64,000 nucleotides of DNA, from positions 24,509-88,508 of the forward strand of contig JAJYXK010000007.1 of the NCBI GenBank assembly GCA_021801825.1, given 5' to 3'. The notes beneath the pieces were generated by a model. That model worked only from the letters and a program-made list of their open reading frames with translations. It made no database searches and was not told where the DNA came from. The position numbers and the translations under genes are program-made. Shown here in pieces: positions 31,258 through 40,418 of this stretch (within the stretch, counting starts at the first letter, position 1; the number at the start of each line of letters is the position of its first letter). Source of the DNA: a bacterium. Its GTDB lineage: Bacteria > Patescibacteriota > Minisyncoccia > UBA6257 > JAGOQP01.

Positions 31258-31363
31258 GTGGGCTGGTAATTAAATATATTTGTGTTTAGTTATCAGCACA
31301 TAATTAAGGTGTCTGAATAGTGCACTTTTAAAATTTTTTTAAACATATCCATGAGGAGACAGT

Positions 31364-32110
31364 ATGAAAATAACGATAGGCATAGAACGAGAGTGGTTTA
31401 TCTTAAAAGATAATAAGATAGCCCCTTTTATTGGAAAACTTCTTCCCGAGCTTGAAATAGAATGCACTCGAAGAAATCTTCCAAAAGAATTATTCTCATT
31501 TGAGCTGTTTGCGGGACAGGTTGAAGATAGAACACGAGTTGCCTCCAGTGTTCAAGAGGCCCTTTGTTTTCTTCATAGTAACGAAGAAATACTTATGGCG
31601 GTTGGGAGAAGGCTTGGATTACAGTTCCTGTGTACCGAGTATGTCTCTGAGGAGGATCTGGGAGAGCTTGTGGTAAATCCTTTTAATCCTCGCCATAAAG
31701 AAATTTGGCAAGGATTACAAAAGATTGAGAAAGTCTCCGCTTCTCAAGTTGCGGCTATCCATATTCATATTAGCGCCACCCTGGAAGAGGCGATGTGTGT
31801 CTTAAACTTTTGTCGAAAACCGATTATAGATGATCTATGTAAACTAGGGGATTTTTCTTCCGGAAAACGCATGGAGTCATATAGAACTATGGCAAAAGTT
31901 TATGGAGATCCGCCTGAATTTGAAAACTCAAACGACCTACTCTCTTATATTAAAAACAAGGGGGGGGAAAAAAATGTTTGGGATCTCGTGAGATATAAAC
32001 CATCGACCGGAACCGTTGAATTCAGAATGTTTGGCGCTACAAATAACGATAGTTTTATTGCGCTATTCATCTTAGCTTGCGAAGAGGTATTCGCAAGAGC
32101 CTGTGTGTAA
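31364..32110 (+). CDS. Glutamate-cysteine ligase family 2 (GCS2/YbdK-like) carboxylate-amine ligase
   Basis: TIGIEREWF, ELFAGQVE, AIHIHIS, WDLVRYKP..GTVEFRMF; GAGGAG SD; compact (248 aa). Confidence 0.8.
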   Translation: MKITIGIEREWFILKDNKIAPFIGKLLPELEIECTRRNLPKELFSFELFAGQVEDRTRVASSVQEALCFLHSNEEILMAVGRRLGLQFLCTEYVSEEDLGELVVNPFNPRHKEIWQGLQKIEKVSASQVAAIHIHISATLEEAMCVLNFCRKPIIDDLCKLGDFSSGKRMESYRTMAKVYGDPPEFENSNDLLSYIKNKGGEKNVWDLVRYKPSTGTVEFRMFGATNNDSFIALFILACEEVFARACV

Positions 32111-32185
32111 CACGCAGGCTTTTTTTATTTATTATATAGAGAATACGTTTTTATTTCTTGTCTGTTGTTCTATACTACTAATATT

Positions 32186-32992
32186 ATGTATCGCGACAAA
32201 CCACTTATAAAAGAATATGGGAAAGGTAGTCCTCGGGTCGTTGTTGTTGGATCCCTTCATGGGGATGAACCAGTGGGCGCTCGTATCATTAAAGCGATAG
32301 AAAAACATCCTCTGTATAAAGGGACATTGATTACTATTGTAGGGAATCCTGTTGCGCTACAGAAGGGAGTTAGGTATATTGCTCAAGATTTGAACAGGTG
32401 TTTTCCTGGGAAAAAGACGGGTTCTCACGAAGAGAAATTAGCACATCAGATTGAGAAAATAATTCGTCATGCTGATTATTGTATTGATATTCATTCAACC
32501 TCTACCAACACTCGTCGGGCGGCTATTATAAAGAAAAAGAATGTTTTTGTTAAGAAATTACTTTCACTGTGTGTGCCTGAGCATATAGTAATTATGCCTA
32601 AAGGAGTTGGAGATGGATCTTTGATTAATTTCTGTAAAGCTGGTGTCAGCTTAGAATATGGTAAACACCAGAGCCGGCAGACGTATACGGAATCATTAAG
32701 AGACACACTCTTGGTATTGGAAAATTTAGGGATGATACAAAAGACTCGCCTCACAAAGAAACCATGGAAAATCAGCAAATATTATTCGGTATATGGGACT
32801 GAACCAAAACCGGAAAGTTTTATTATGAGAAAATCCATCTTAAACTTTGAGCTAATCAAAAAGGGGGACGTTCTGGGAAAAGTGAGTGAAAAAGAGATAT
32901 TTGCAAAAGAATCTTTCTATCCAGTCCTTTTTGGAGGAAGATCTTACAAAGAAATAATGGGTTTTAAAGCAAAACGATTGGAAAGTTTATAA
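32186..32992 (+). CDS. Succinylglutamate desuccinylase/aspartoacylase (M14) family hydrolase
   Basis: GSLHGDEPVG, GNP, DLNRCFPG, IDIHS, LEYG. Confidence 0.9.
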   Translation: MYRDKPLIKEYGKGSPRVVVVGSLHGDEPVGARIIKAIEKHPLYKGTLITIVGNPVALQKGVRYIAQDLNRCFPGKKTGSHEEKLAHQIEKIIRHADYCIDIHSTSTNTRRAAIIKKKNVFVKKLLSLCVPEHIVIMPKGVGDGSLINFCKAGVSLEYGKHQSRQTYTESLRDTLLVLENLGMIQKTRLTKKPWKISKYYSVYGTEPKPESFIMRKSILNFELIKKGDVLGKVSEKEIFAKESFYPVLFGGRSYKEIMGFKAKRLESL

Positions 32993-33048
32993 TTTTATTC
33001 AAGAAAAACCCCCGCCACATTTATTATTTATATTGTGACGGGGGGTGT

Positions 33049-34001
33049 TCAGAGAACAAGTCTTCTAACAGCTTGTAATGTTGAGAGTTGGTCCTGGGGG
33101 AGTACGTTCCCAATTACGTTATTCAGGATTGTTATAATTCCAACGGGCTGGTGTCTTAATGGATCTATCACAAAAAGAGCCCCTTTTGGAAATTGATATT
33201 TTTTTATCGAAAATAGCGTAGGCGGGAAAGCTTCCCTTAACATCGTTATAAAACCAGATTGAGTATACCAGTGTGACAGAAAGAAGCCCTGTTGTTTTTC
33301 TAATCTACCGATAACTTGCAAACACGCAACATCTGTTTCGTTTCTATCGGATATGGAGCGATGGAAGCTTCTTAAGAATTTCTTAATATTGTGTTTGTTT
33401 TTCTGTTGATCTGATGATCTGACAAGCGAGCGAATGCCACATGAGGTGAATATTCCACCGGGGCTGTACCGCATCCAGTCCATTAGGAGTTCATTTCCAA
33501 GAATCTCATGATTCTTCAAATATTCATCAAATCCACAAGAGGGATATTTGGATGAGGGCTGTGCTCTGAAGAAACTCCTAGATTCATATATACCAATTAA
33601 TAGACGTCGTGGTATATCATTGCTTATTTCTTTACATACTAACCCAATGTTTCCAGGTAGGTATTTAATATCAGCACCAGCATCGGCATAGTTTTTAATG
33701 TTTTTTCTCGTGCCCATGCCACTTGTTGGCTTGAAAGATCATTGAATAATACACGAGGGAGCGGTTTTTTATTTCTGGAGATAATATCATCCAGAATAAT
33801 TTTTGGATCTCTGCATCCAACGGCACCGCCGAGAGTTATAAGCTCTTTAAAGGAAATTTCTCTACATCTTTTAAGGACACACATGAGTTCTCCTTGATTA
33901 TCAACGGTCATATCTGCCTTTTCATACAGAGAAGCCTGTCTATCCCAGAATGTTTTTTGTCCTTGAATATCTAATTTTGGCTTTCGCCAATATTTTTCCA
34001 T
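33049..34001 (-). pseudogene. Frameshifted SAM-dependent methyltransferase-like gene (ORFs 33639..34001 and 33049..33717)
   Basis: N-part FWDRQASLY, LITLGGAVG, VLFNDLS resemble class I MTase motifs; one extra A in the runs at 33692-33706 fuses the two ORFs. Confidence 0.55.
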
Positions 34002-34015
34002 AAAATCCTCCGGTC

Positions 34016-34495
34016 TTAGTTATGGGGTTGTTCTGTTATCTGCACAACAAATGCTTTAGTGAGCGTGATGACATCTTTTGGTTTCAGTGAGAATGTCTTG
34101 CTATTATCACCGGCGCCACAATACAAAATGTCTTGTTTGAGAAATGAATCATCAATATAAGTTGGAATTTCAGCCCCGAATGGGGGAATTGCTCCAATAG
34201 TAAAGCCAGCCTCCTCCACAGATTCTTTTGAGGCAAGTTGTATATCTTTCCGCGTAACCGAGAGAACTTCTGCTAATTTCTTTAGATTAAGATGGGCCAT
34301 ACCAGGAATCACTACTCTACACAATCCTTTTCCTGAAATAACCATGAGTAGGGTTTTTGCCATTTCATTTTCTGGGATGTCTAACTCACGTACGACATCC
34401 TCCATAGTAAAAACTGGTGCGTGATCCATTATTTCAAAAGCAATAGCATTATCTATCAATATAGCGCGAAGTTGTTCAAATGAGATTTTTGTCAT
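34016..34495 (-). CDS. YbaK/aminoacyl-tRNA deacylase (trans-editing) family protein
   Basis: HAPVFTME, AKTLL, GFTIGAIPPFG, CGAG. Confidence 0.9.
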   Translation of the reverse strand: MTKISFEQLRAILIDNAIAFEIMDHAPVFTMEDVVRELDIPENEMAKTLLMVISGKGLCRVVIPGMAHLNLKKLAEVLSVTRKDIQLASKESVEEAGFTIGAIPPFGAEIPTYIDDSFLKQDILYCGAGDNSKTFSLKPKDVITLTKAFVVQITEQPHN

Positions 34496-34575
34496 AAGTA
34501 CTCCTTTCTAGTTATTAAAGAACAATTCTTTGTATTTATATAATGCTTTATTTTTAGCTTTTGTGCAAACCCTTA

Positions 34576-35727
34576 TTATTGTTGTGAAAACTTCATAGAG
34601 AGCACCATCTGCTCAACATTTGCGGTCATGCGCAAAATGTCGTTTTCTAATTTATCGGGAGCTTGGTAGAGCGCGTTGTTTGAGAATGGAATTTGAACGC
34701 GGTGGATCTTAAATTGAAACGCATAACAAGTCCCATTATATGAAGTGTAGTAGTAAATGTAATCAGAGCGTTGATTGTTTATTCCAAAATCGCTTCTCTT
34801 TATTCTTTTAAATAGTTGATAAAGTCCCTGTAAGGTATCTATGTTTCCATATACATAACCACGTGCAATGTTTACTTCGGCGGTGGTGGGGCAGGCATCG
34901 GCGTTTCCGGGTTTCTCAGATAGGATTATTTCAGAGGCATCTACCGTTTCAATATCATTGGCGTGAATGTAGTAATTCAGCTTAGGCGCCAATTTTAAAA
35001 CGGTGGTCCCAGGATACTGTGGTCCAAACGAAGCAAAAGAAAAATCATCGGGGTAGGTGAGAGAAAAATTATGTTGGATATCTTTGTAGGTTTGCCAAAC
35101 CGATTGTGGGTGCTGCGAAGAGTCAGGTGAAGCAATGTTAAATTCATCACTTAAGTCTTCGGCGATTGTTCCCTTTGGTGTGGTGCTATGAACACGAAGA
35201 CGATATGAGCCATTAGATATCGTTACATCAGAAAACCACACATATGTTCCAGTGTCGGCGGTATTAGTGACAATATTTTTTACAATCGCGCCACTCTGAT
35301 CTTGTAAATCAAGAGTTATATTTTTAAGACCTGCTAATTTTGATTTCCACAAAATGATAGCAACTGGGGTGTGATAGCGCGGATCATTGATGAGCGTTTT
35401 GTTACGCGTGGGATAGAGTATAGAAATAGCCGATGGTGATTGGGGGATAGTAACCGTAGGAGCATCTGGTAAAGAATTTTGTGTTGAGGGTGATGATGGT
35501 ACCGTTGAAAGAGTCGTTCCTTGTCCTTGTTGATAGGTGTTATTTTCTGGATTTTTTAGCTGATAAGGTATTCCCACAGTTGTAGTAGTGGGGGATTGGG
35601 TGTCGTCTGTGGAAGTTGGTGTTGTTTTGCTCCCGTATGAAGAGATTCCAATACCAATTCCGATAATGACCACAAAAATAACAACAAATACGGCGAGGGG
35701 TATATGTTTTTTTGGTAAACTAATCAT
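34576..35727 (-). CDS. Membrane-anchored Ser/Thr-rich surface protein
   Basis: N-terminal TM, Thr/Pro linker, DTGTYVW..GSYRLRV Ig-like segment, WQTYKD...FSLTYP segment. Confidence 0.75.
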   Translation of the reverse strand: MISLPKKHIPLAVFVVIFVVIIGIGIGISSYGSKTTPTSTDDTQSPTTTTVGIPYQLKNPENNTYQQGQGTTLSTVPSSPSTQNSLPDAPTVTIPQSPSAISILYPTRNKTLINDPRYHTPVAIILWKSKLAGLKNITLDLQDQSGAIVKNIVTNTADTGTYVWFSDVTISNGSYRLRVHSTTPKGTIAEDLSDEFNIASPDSSQHPQSVWQTYKDIQHNFSLTYPDDFSFASFGPQYPGTTVLKLAPKLNYYIHANDIETVDASEIILSEKPGNADACPTTAEVNIARGYVYGNIDTLQGLYQLFKRIKRSDFGINNQRSDYIYYYTSYNGTCYAFQFKIHRVQIPFSNNALYQAPDKLENDILRMTANVEQMVLSMKFSQQ

Positions 35728-35842
35728 AGTAATTATGATATATCAAAACGTGAGGAATTAAAATCATCGGTTGATTTTTGAGCTTAAAAAAAGTATGCTG
35801 TTTTATGTTATAAGTTATATATTGTTAGTTTTCTGTTGTTTT

Positions 35843-35892
35843 GGAGAGGTGTCAGAGTCCTGCCTGCCGGTAGGCAGGGGTCTATTGTGCAG
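35843..35892 (+). repeat. tRNA-Ser 5' fragment copy 1, interrupted by the 20-bp palindrome (35859-35878)
   Basis: GGAGAGGTGTCAGAGT[CCTGCCTGCCGGTAGGCAGG]GGTCTATTGTGCAG equals tRNA nt 1-30 plus insert. Confidence 0.92.
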
Positions 35893-35906
35893 AGTTACTT
35901 ATAATT

Positions 35907-36152
35907 ATGTACTTTGTGTATATCTTAAAAAGTGAAAAAGATGGTGGAATATATGTTGGTAAAACAAACGACATTCATCGAAGACTCTTAGAGCACAACG
36001 CTGGACACACACAGTCGTTAAAAAACAGGACACCCCTAACACTTTTAGAATGCATAGAGTGTGGAACAGAAGAAGATGCTCGTCATCTTGAAAAAGAATA
36101 CAAGAAAGGATATAAGCGTGAGGAGATAAAAAGAAAGTACAATTTACAATAA
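35907..36152 (+). CDS. Small stand-alone GIY-YIG nuclease
   Basis: YFVYILKS....IYVG.T.D..RRL.EHN.G, A..LEK..K. Confidence 0.92.
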   Translation: MYFVYILKSEKDGGIYVGKTNDIHRRLLEHNAGHTQSLKNRTPLTLLECIECGTEEDARHLEKEYKKGYKREEIKRKYNLQ

Positions 36153-36157
36153 AATAT

Positions 36158-36203
36158 GGAGAGGTGTCAGAGTCCTGCCTGCCGGTAGGCAGGGGTCTAT
36201 TGT
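36158..36203 (+). repeat. tRNA-Ser 5' fragment copy 2, interrupted by the 20-bp palindrome (36174-36193)
   Basis: GGAGAGGTGTCAGAGT[CCTGCCTGCCGGTAGGCAGG]GGTCTATTGT equals tRNA nt 1-26 plus insert. Confidence 0.92.
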
Positions 36204-36245
36204 ATAATCCTCGACATATTCTATATTTACATAAAGCATGAGTAT

Positions 36246-36332
36246 GGAGAGGTGTCAGAGTGGTCTATTGTGCAGCTTTGCTAAAGCTGTGGGGCTTAAC
36301 CGCCCCCGGGAGTTCGAATCTCCCCCTCTCCG
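36246..36332 (+). tRNA. tRNA-Ser (GCT)
   Basis: GGAGAGG/CCTCTCC acceptor, CAGCT-TT-GCT-AA-AGCTG anticodon arm, long variable arm, GTTCGAATC. Confidence 0.95.
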
Positions 36333-36440
36333 CAGTAAGAACTTTTTATCGGATGACCTGAATGCCCGCATATTTCCTTACTTTTTGAAAATCAAAATTT
36401 ATTAAAAAGCAGGCAGGAGGAAGGGATTCGAAATATAATT

Positions 36441-36917
36441 ATGAAAAACCCAGAAAAAAGCTTTCAATGGATAGTGAATATTTTACAAAAACATAACGTT
36501 CCTTTTGTGGTGACGGGGGGACTTGCCGCAAAAAGTTATGGATCTCCACGACCGCTTAACGATATTGATATAGATATTCATGATAATGACTTTGCAAAAA
36601 TAATAGATGACATAAGACCATATCTTACCTTTGGTCCTGCGGTGCTTGTTGATGAGCGATGGGACACTATGCTTGCAACGTTAAATTATGAGGGGCAAGA
36701 TATAGATTTGAGTGGGGGAGATACACTTAAAATATGCGATGCGCGAACAGGAGAATGGAAACTCAACAAGACCGACTTCTCAAATGTTGAACATAAAGAT
36801 ATTTTTGGAATCACGGTCCCCGTTGCTATCCGTGAAGATCTTATAGCGTATAAATCAATGTTAGAAGGAGACCATCAATTAGTTGATATTCAAGCGATGA
36901 AAGATTCTATAAAATAA
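36441..36917 (+). CDS. Nucleotidyltransferase-fold protein
   Basis: VTGGLAA..YG..R...DIDID (GG plus DxD pol-beta signature). Confidence 0.8.
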   Translation: MKNPEKSFQWIVNILQKHNVPFVVTGGLAAKSYGSPRPLNDIDIDIHDNDFAKIIDDIRPYLTFGPAVLVDERWDTMLATLNYEGQDIDLSGGDTLKICDARTGEWKLNKTDFSNVEHKDIFGITVPVAIREDLIAYKSMLEGDHQLVDIQAMKDSIK

Positions 36918-36956
36918 TTTTTTATAGTGATGAGTTTATATTTTTAAGTATTCAGA

Positions 36957-37799
36957 ATGATTTTACATATGATTTCTTGTGACGTACGAGAGGTTGAATT
37001 TAAAGGAGAAAAAATTGATGTGGGAATATATAAAAATAAGAATAAGAACAAAAAAGATGTTCTGTTTCTCCATGGACTGGGATCAAATACTTTAGATTCT
37101 TATAGTAAGACTTTAGACAAACTTCCCCAAGAGAGAATATGCGCGATTGATTGGTTGGGGCATGGAGCAACAACAAAATTACTTCGCGATAAAGATTCTT
37201 ATGGGGCAGAGTATATGGCGGACTATCTAAAAACGGTTATAGATTTCTTGATAGATAATGATATTTTAGATACGCACTTTTTCATTGTGGCTATGTCTAT
37301 GTCGGCAATTCCTATTGCCTATCTGTACCCACAGTATGAGAAAAATATTAAAAAAATAGTTTTCTTGCACCCTGCGGGAATGGATAAAAAGATGGGATAT
37401 GTATTCGCGTTTTTTAGTAAGTACATCACACAAAATATTTTTTTCTCGTGGTTCTTTTCTTATTGGATACTGAATAAAAAAGCAAGAAGAGTTCTTCAAA
37501 AGAACTTAAAAGTGAAAAATTGGGGTGTTATTGTTTCAAAATATGCCAGTGAAGGATATGATCTTTTTGGTCATATGAAAGAGACTCATTATATTCCGGA
37601 AAAATTTAATAAAATAAAGAAACCCGTTTTGCTCGTATGCGGAGAGAGGGACATGATCTTTACACGGAGGAAATATTTACATTTTGCAGTTGAGCATAAT
37701 TGGAAAGTACACATTCTAGGAAAAGAGGAGCATGCGTTGGGGAGAGGTAACTCAGATAGTGTTGCTGAGGAGATAAAAAATTTCTTTGAGTTAGTATAA
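36957..37799 (+). CDS. Alpha/beta hydrolase
   Basis: FLHGLGS, AIDWLGHG, AMSMSA elbow, GERD, EEH. Confidence 0.85.
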   Translation: MILHMISCDVREVEFKGEKIDVGIYKNKNKNKKDVLFLHGLGSNTLDSYSKTLDKLPQERICAIDWLGHGATTKLLRDKDSYGAEYMADYLKTVIDFLIDNDILDTHFFIVAMSMSAIPIAYLYPQYEKNIKKIVFLHPAGMDKKMGYVFAFFSKYITQNIFFSWFFSYWILNKKARRVLQKNLKVKNWGVIVSKYASEGYDLFGHMKETHYIPEKFNKIKKPVLLVCGERDMIFTRRKYLHFAVEHNWKVHILGKEEHALGRGNSDSVAEEIKNFFELV

Positions 37800-37871
37800 A
37801 GCGCTTTGTGCGTGTATGGGCATTTTGTAGTAAAACTTGCTCTTTTCGCGTTTTCTGATATTATATAATCC

Positions 37872-39338
37872 ATGTCAAAAACTACCGCACAAAATCAGGC
37901 TTCTGAGCAAATAACCCGTCCTCCCGTTGTGGTGGTTATGGGCCATGTTGATCATGGCAAAACAACTCTTTTGGATTACATCCGCAAAACTCGCGTAGCA
38001 GAACGTGAAGCGGGTGGTATCACACAAGCAACTGGAGCGTATGAAATTGTATGGAAAGATAAAAAAATAACGTTTATTGATACTCCTGGACACCAAGCGT
38101 TTACCTGTATGCGTCAGCGAGGAGCAGATATTGCTGATTTGGCGGTGTTGGTAGTTGCGGCGGATGATGGCGTAAAACCGCAAACCAAAGAAGCGATTGA
38201 TATTTTGAAAAAATGTGGCACGCCGTTTGTGGTGGCAATTAATAAAATTGATAAGAACAATGCCGACCCAGAACGAACCCGACAATCACTCATGGGAAAC
38301 AGCGTGCTTCTTGAAAAATATGGAGGAGATATTGCGTGGGTAGAAATCTCGGCAAAATTAGGAACCGGAGTTGATGAATTATTGGATCATTTGTTGTTGA
38401 TGTGGGAAATGGAGCCGGGTACGTGTAATCTTTCTGCTCCGGGAAAGGGGTTTGTATTAGAATCGCATCGTAATGGACAACAAGGAATCGTAGTGTCAGT
38501 AATTATAAAAGATGGAACGGTTCGTACTGGAGAACAGATTTGTACGAAAAGTGCGTATGGAAAAATTCGCGCGTTGGAAACATTCTCAGGTGCGCGAACA
38601 CAGCTTCTGCAACCTTCAAGCCCTGCGCGCATTATTGGTTTTGAATCATTGCCAGAAACCGGAGAAGAATTTTTTATTGGCGCAGAATTGGATGCGTTTG
38701 TAAATGCTGCGCCTATGGAGCAGGAAAAGAAAAATACACAAGTGATTTCTCCCGAAGAAGATGCGGTGAAAATTATTTTGAAGGCAGATGTGTCGGGATC
38801 TTTAGAGGCGCTCTCTCAGGTGTTGTTAGCATTGTCACTGAAGAATCTTAAATTGCACATTGTTTCTCAAGAAGTGGGAGAGGTGAGTGATGGAGATGTT
38901 AAATTGGCAAGCACTACGGGGGCGACTATTATTGCGTTCAACGTGAAGGTGACTAAACCAGCAGAAAATTTGGCTATGGGGCAACACGTGAAGATTGTGT
39001 CATCTGATATTATCTACCGACTCATTGAAAGATTAGAAGAAATGGACGAACACGCGAACGAGAAACCGGTGGCGGGAATTCTGGAAATTCTAGCGGTATT
39101 TAGCAATAAAAATAAGAAATGGCTCATCGGAGGAAAAGTGGTTGAGGGGAGATTATTATTACAAGATAAATTTACGGTATCTCGCGCTGACGCGCCGTTA
39201 GGACGGGGGCGTATTACGAATTTGCAACGCAATAAAATGGATGCAAAACGCGTTGAAGAGGGGGAGTGTGGTTTGATGGTAGAAACACCCGTTGAATTAA
39301 AGGTGGGAGACCATCTCATTGTGGAATTTGAAGACTAG
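37872..39338 (+). CDS. infB: Translation initiation factor IF-2 (short form)
   Basis: [40 protein letters not shown]. Confidence 0.96.
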   Translation: MSKTTAQNQASEQITRPPVVVVMGHVDHGKTTLLDYIRKTRVAEREAGGITQATGAYEIVWKDKKITFIDTPGHQAFTCMRQRGADIADLAVLVVAADDGVKPQTKEAIDILKKCGTPFVVAINKIDKNNADPERTRQSLMGNSVLLEKYGGDIAWVEISAKLGTGVDELLDHLLLMWEMEPGTCNLSAPGKGFVLESHRNGQQGIVVSVIIKDGTVRTGEQICTKSAYGKIRALETFSGARTQLLQPSSPARIIGFESLPETGEEFFIGAELDAFVNAAPMEQEKKNTQVISPEEDAVKIILKADVSGSLEALSQVLLALSLKNLKLHIVSQEVGEVSDGDVKLASTTGATIIAFNVKVTKPAENLAMGQHVKIVSSDIIYRLIERLEEMDEHANEKPVAGILEILAVFSNKNKKWLIGGKVVEGRLLLQDKFTVSRADAPLGRGRITNLQRNKMDAKRVEEGECGLMVETPVELKVGDHLIVEFED

Positions 39339-39341
39339 ACT

Positions 39342-39617
39342 ATGACACTATATAGAACACAGAGGATGGAGAGTGTGATGGAACAGATTCTCGCGGAAGA
39401 AATTGTGAAAACGATTGAAGACGCGGATACCTTGATTACGCTTACGAATATACACATTGATCTAGAAAACGACCAAGCGATTATTTCGGTTGCGGTGTTC
39501 CCCGACGAAAAACGCGAGGCGGTATTGGGAGGGCTGAATAGACGAGCGGGGAATCTTGCGTTCACAGTTTTGAAAAAAATGAAAGTAAAGAAAATTCCGT
39601 TTTTAGTTTTTGTATAA
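39342..39617 (+). CDS. rbfA: Ribosome-binding factor A
   Basis: Directly after infB; R..RMES, ITLT.I....D...A.I, KKIP.L.F pattern. Confidence 0.8.
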   Translation: MTLYRTQRMESVMEQILAEEIVKTIEDADTLITLTNIHIDLENDQAIISVAVFPDEKREAVLGGLNRRAGNLAFTVLKKMKVKKIPFLVFV

Positions 39618-39693
39618 AGAAACTGAAAACAAAAAACTCAAAATATAATTTTGAAAAAGGACACTGGTTTGTGTTACAGTAATAGTCTTGATT

Positions 39694-39766
39694 GGCCATG
39701 TGGTGAAGTAGCTAACACAGCGGTCTGCAAAACCGCGATTCGTGGGTGCAAATCCCACCATGGCCT
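39694..39766 (+). tRNA. tRNA-Cys (GCA)
   Basis: GGCCATG/CATGGCC acceptor; GCGGT-CT-GCA-AA-ACCGC. Confidence 0.93.
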
Positions 39767-39876
39767 CAAAACATGCAAAAGAACATTCTCACATTCTCAA
39801 GAGTGTGAGAATGTCTGAAGTAAAAAGATTTGGAAGTTGAAAATATAATTAAATAGTGCTTGAATACAAGGCGTAA

Positions 39877-39959
39877 GCTCGGATGGCGGAATGGTATACG
39901 CGCAACACTTAAAATGTTGTGATCGCAAGGTCATGTGGGTTCGAGTCCCACTCCGAGCA
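39877..39959 (+). tRNA. tRNA-Leu (TAA)
   Basis: GCTCGGA/TCCGAGC acceptor; CAACA-CT-TAA-AA-TGTTG; long variable arm. Confidence 0.95.
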
Positions 39960-39983
39960 CATAAAGTAAAATAAATATTATAT

Positions 39984-40193
39984 ATGAAAAAATTATATCG
40001 TTCACAAGATAATAAGGTCATTGCGGGAATACTGGGAGGAATAGGGGAGTATTTTGATGTTGATCCGGTGGTGATTCGCGTATTGTTTGTGTTTGCGGCG
40101 TTTGCAACGGGAGTGCTTCCGTTTGTAGTTGCATACATAGTTGCGTTGTTTATTGTTCCGAAGCGCCCACAGACACAAAGTGAATCAAAGTAG
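39984..40193 (+). CDS. pspC: PspC domain protein
   Basis: KKLYRS..NKVIAGILGGIGEYFDVDPVVIRV. Confidence 0.92.
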   Translation: MKKLYRSQDNKVIAGILGGIGEYFDVDPVVIRVLFVFAAFATGVLPFVVAYIVALFIVPKRPQTQSESK

Positions 40194-40418
40194 CTTGATT
40201 GTTACAACTTTTTTTGCTTAAATAATGGCGTGGAGCAATCCACGCCATTCAATTGTGTGGATGGAGACGGAAGTTATAATTTAATTGGTATTGTTTAGTT
40301 GCTAATGAGATCAGCAATGATCTTTTTAGCGTCTATAATCATTTCGTAGTAGAAATTAATAAAACATACTTTCAGTCCTCTTACCGCTCGCCCCTAAACA
40401 CTAACGACTTATTCATAG

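Noticed and set aside
28591-34495. Prophage or integrase-driven island at tRNA-Trp
   Set aside because: No integrase or att duplication seen, and the cluster lies on the 5' side of the tRNA, apparently co-transcribed
35843-36203. Intron-containing or split tRNA genes
   Set aside because: The fragments stop before the anticodon loop, no separate 3' half is visible, and an intact tRNA-Ser is adjacent
35843-36275. Three near-identical repeats as a CRISPR array
   Set aside because: The repeats are tRNA-Ser 5' ends, the spacers are very unequal (one holds a gene), and there are no cas genes
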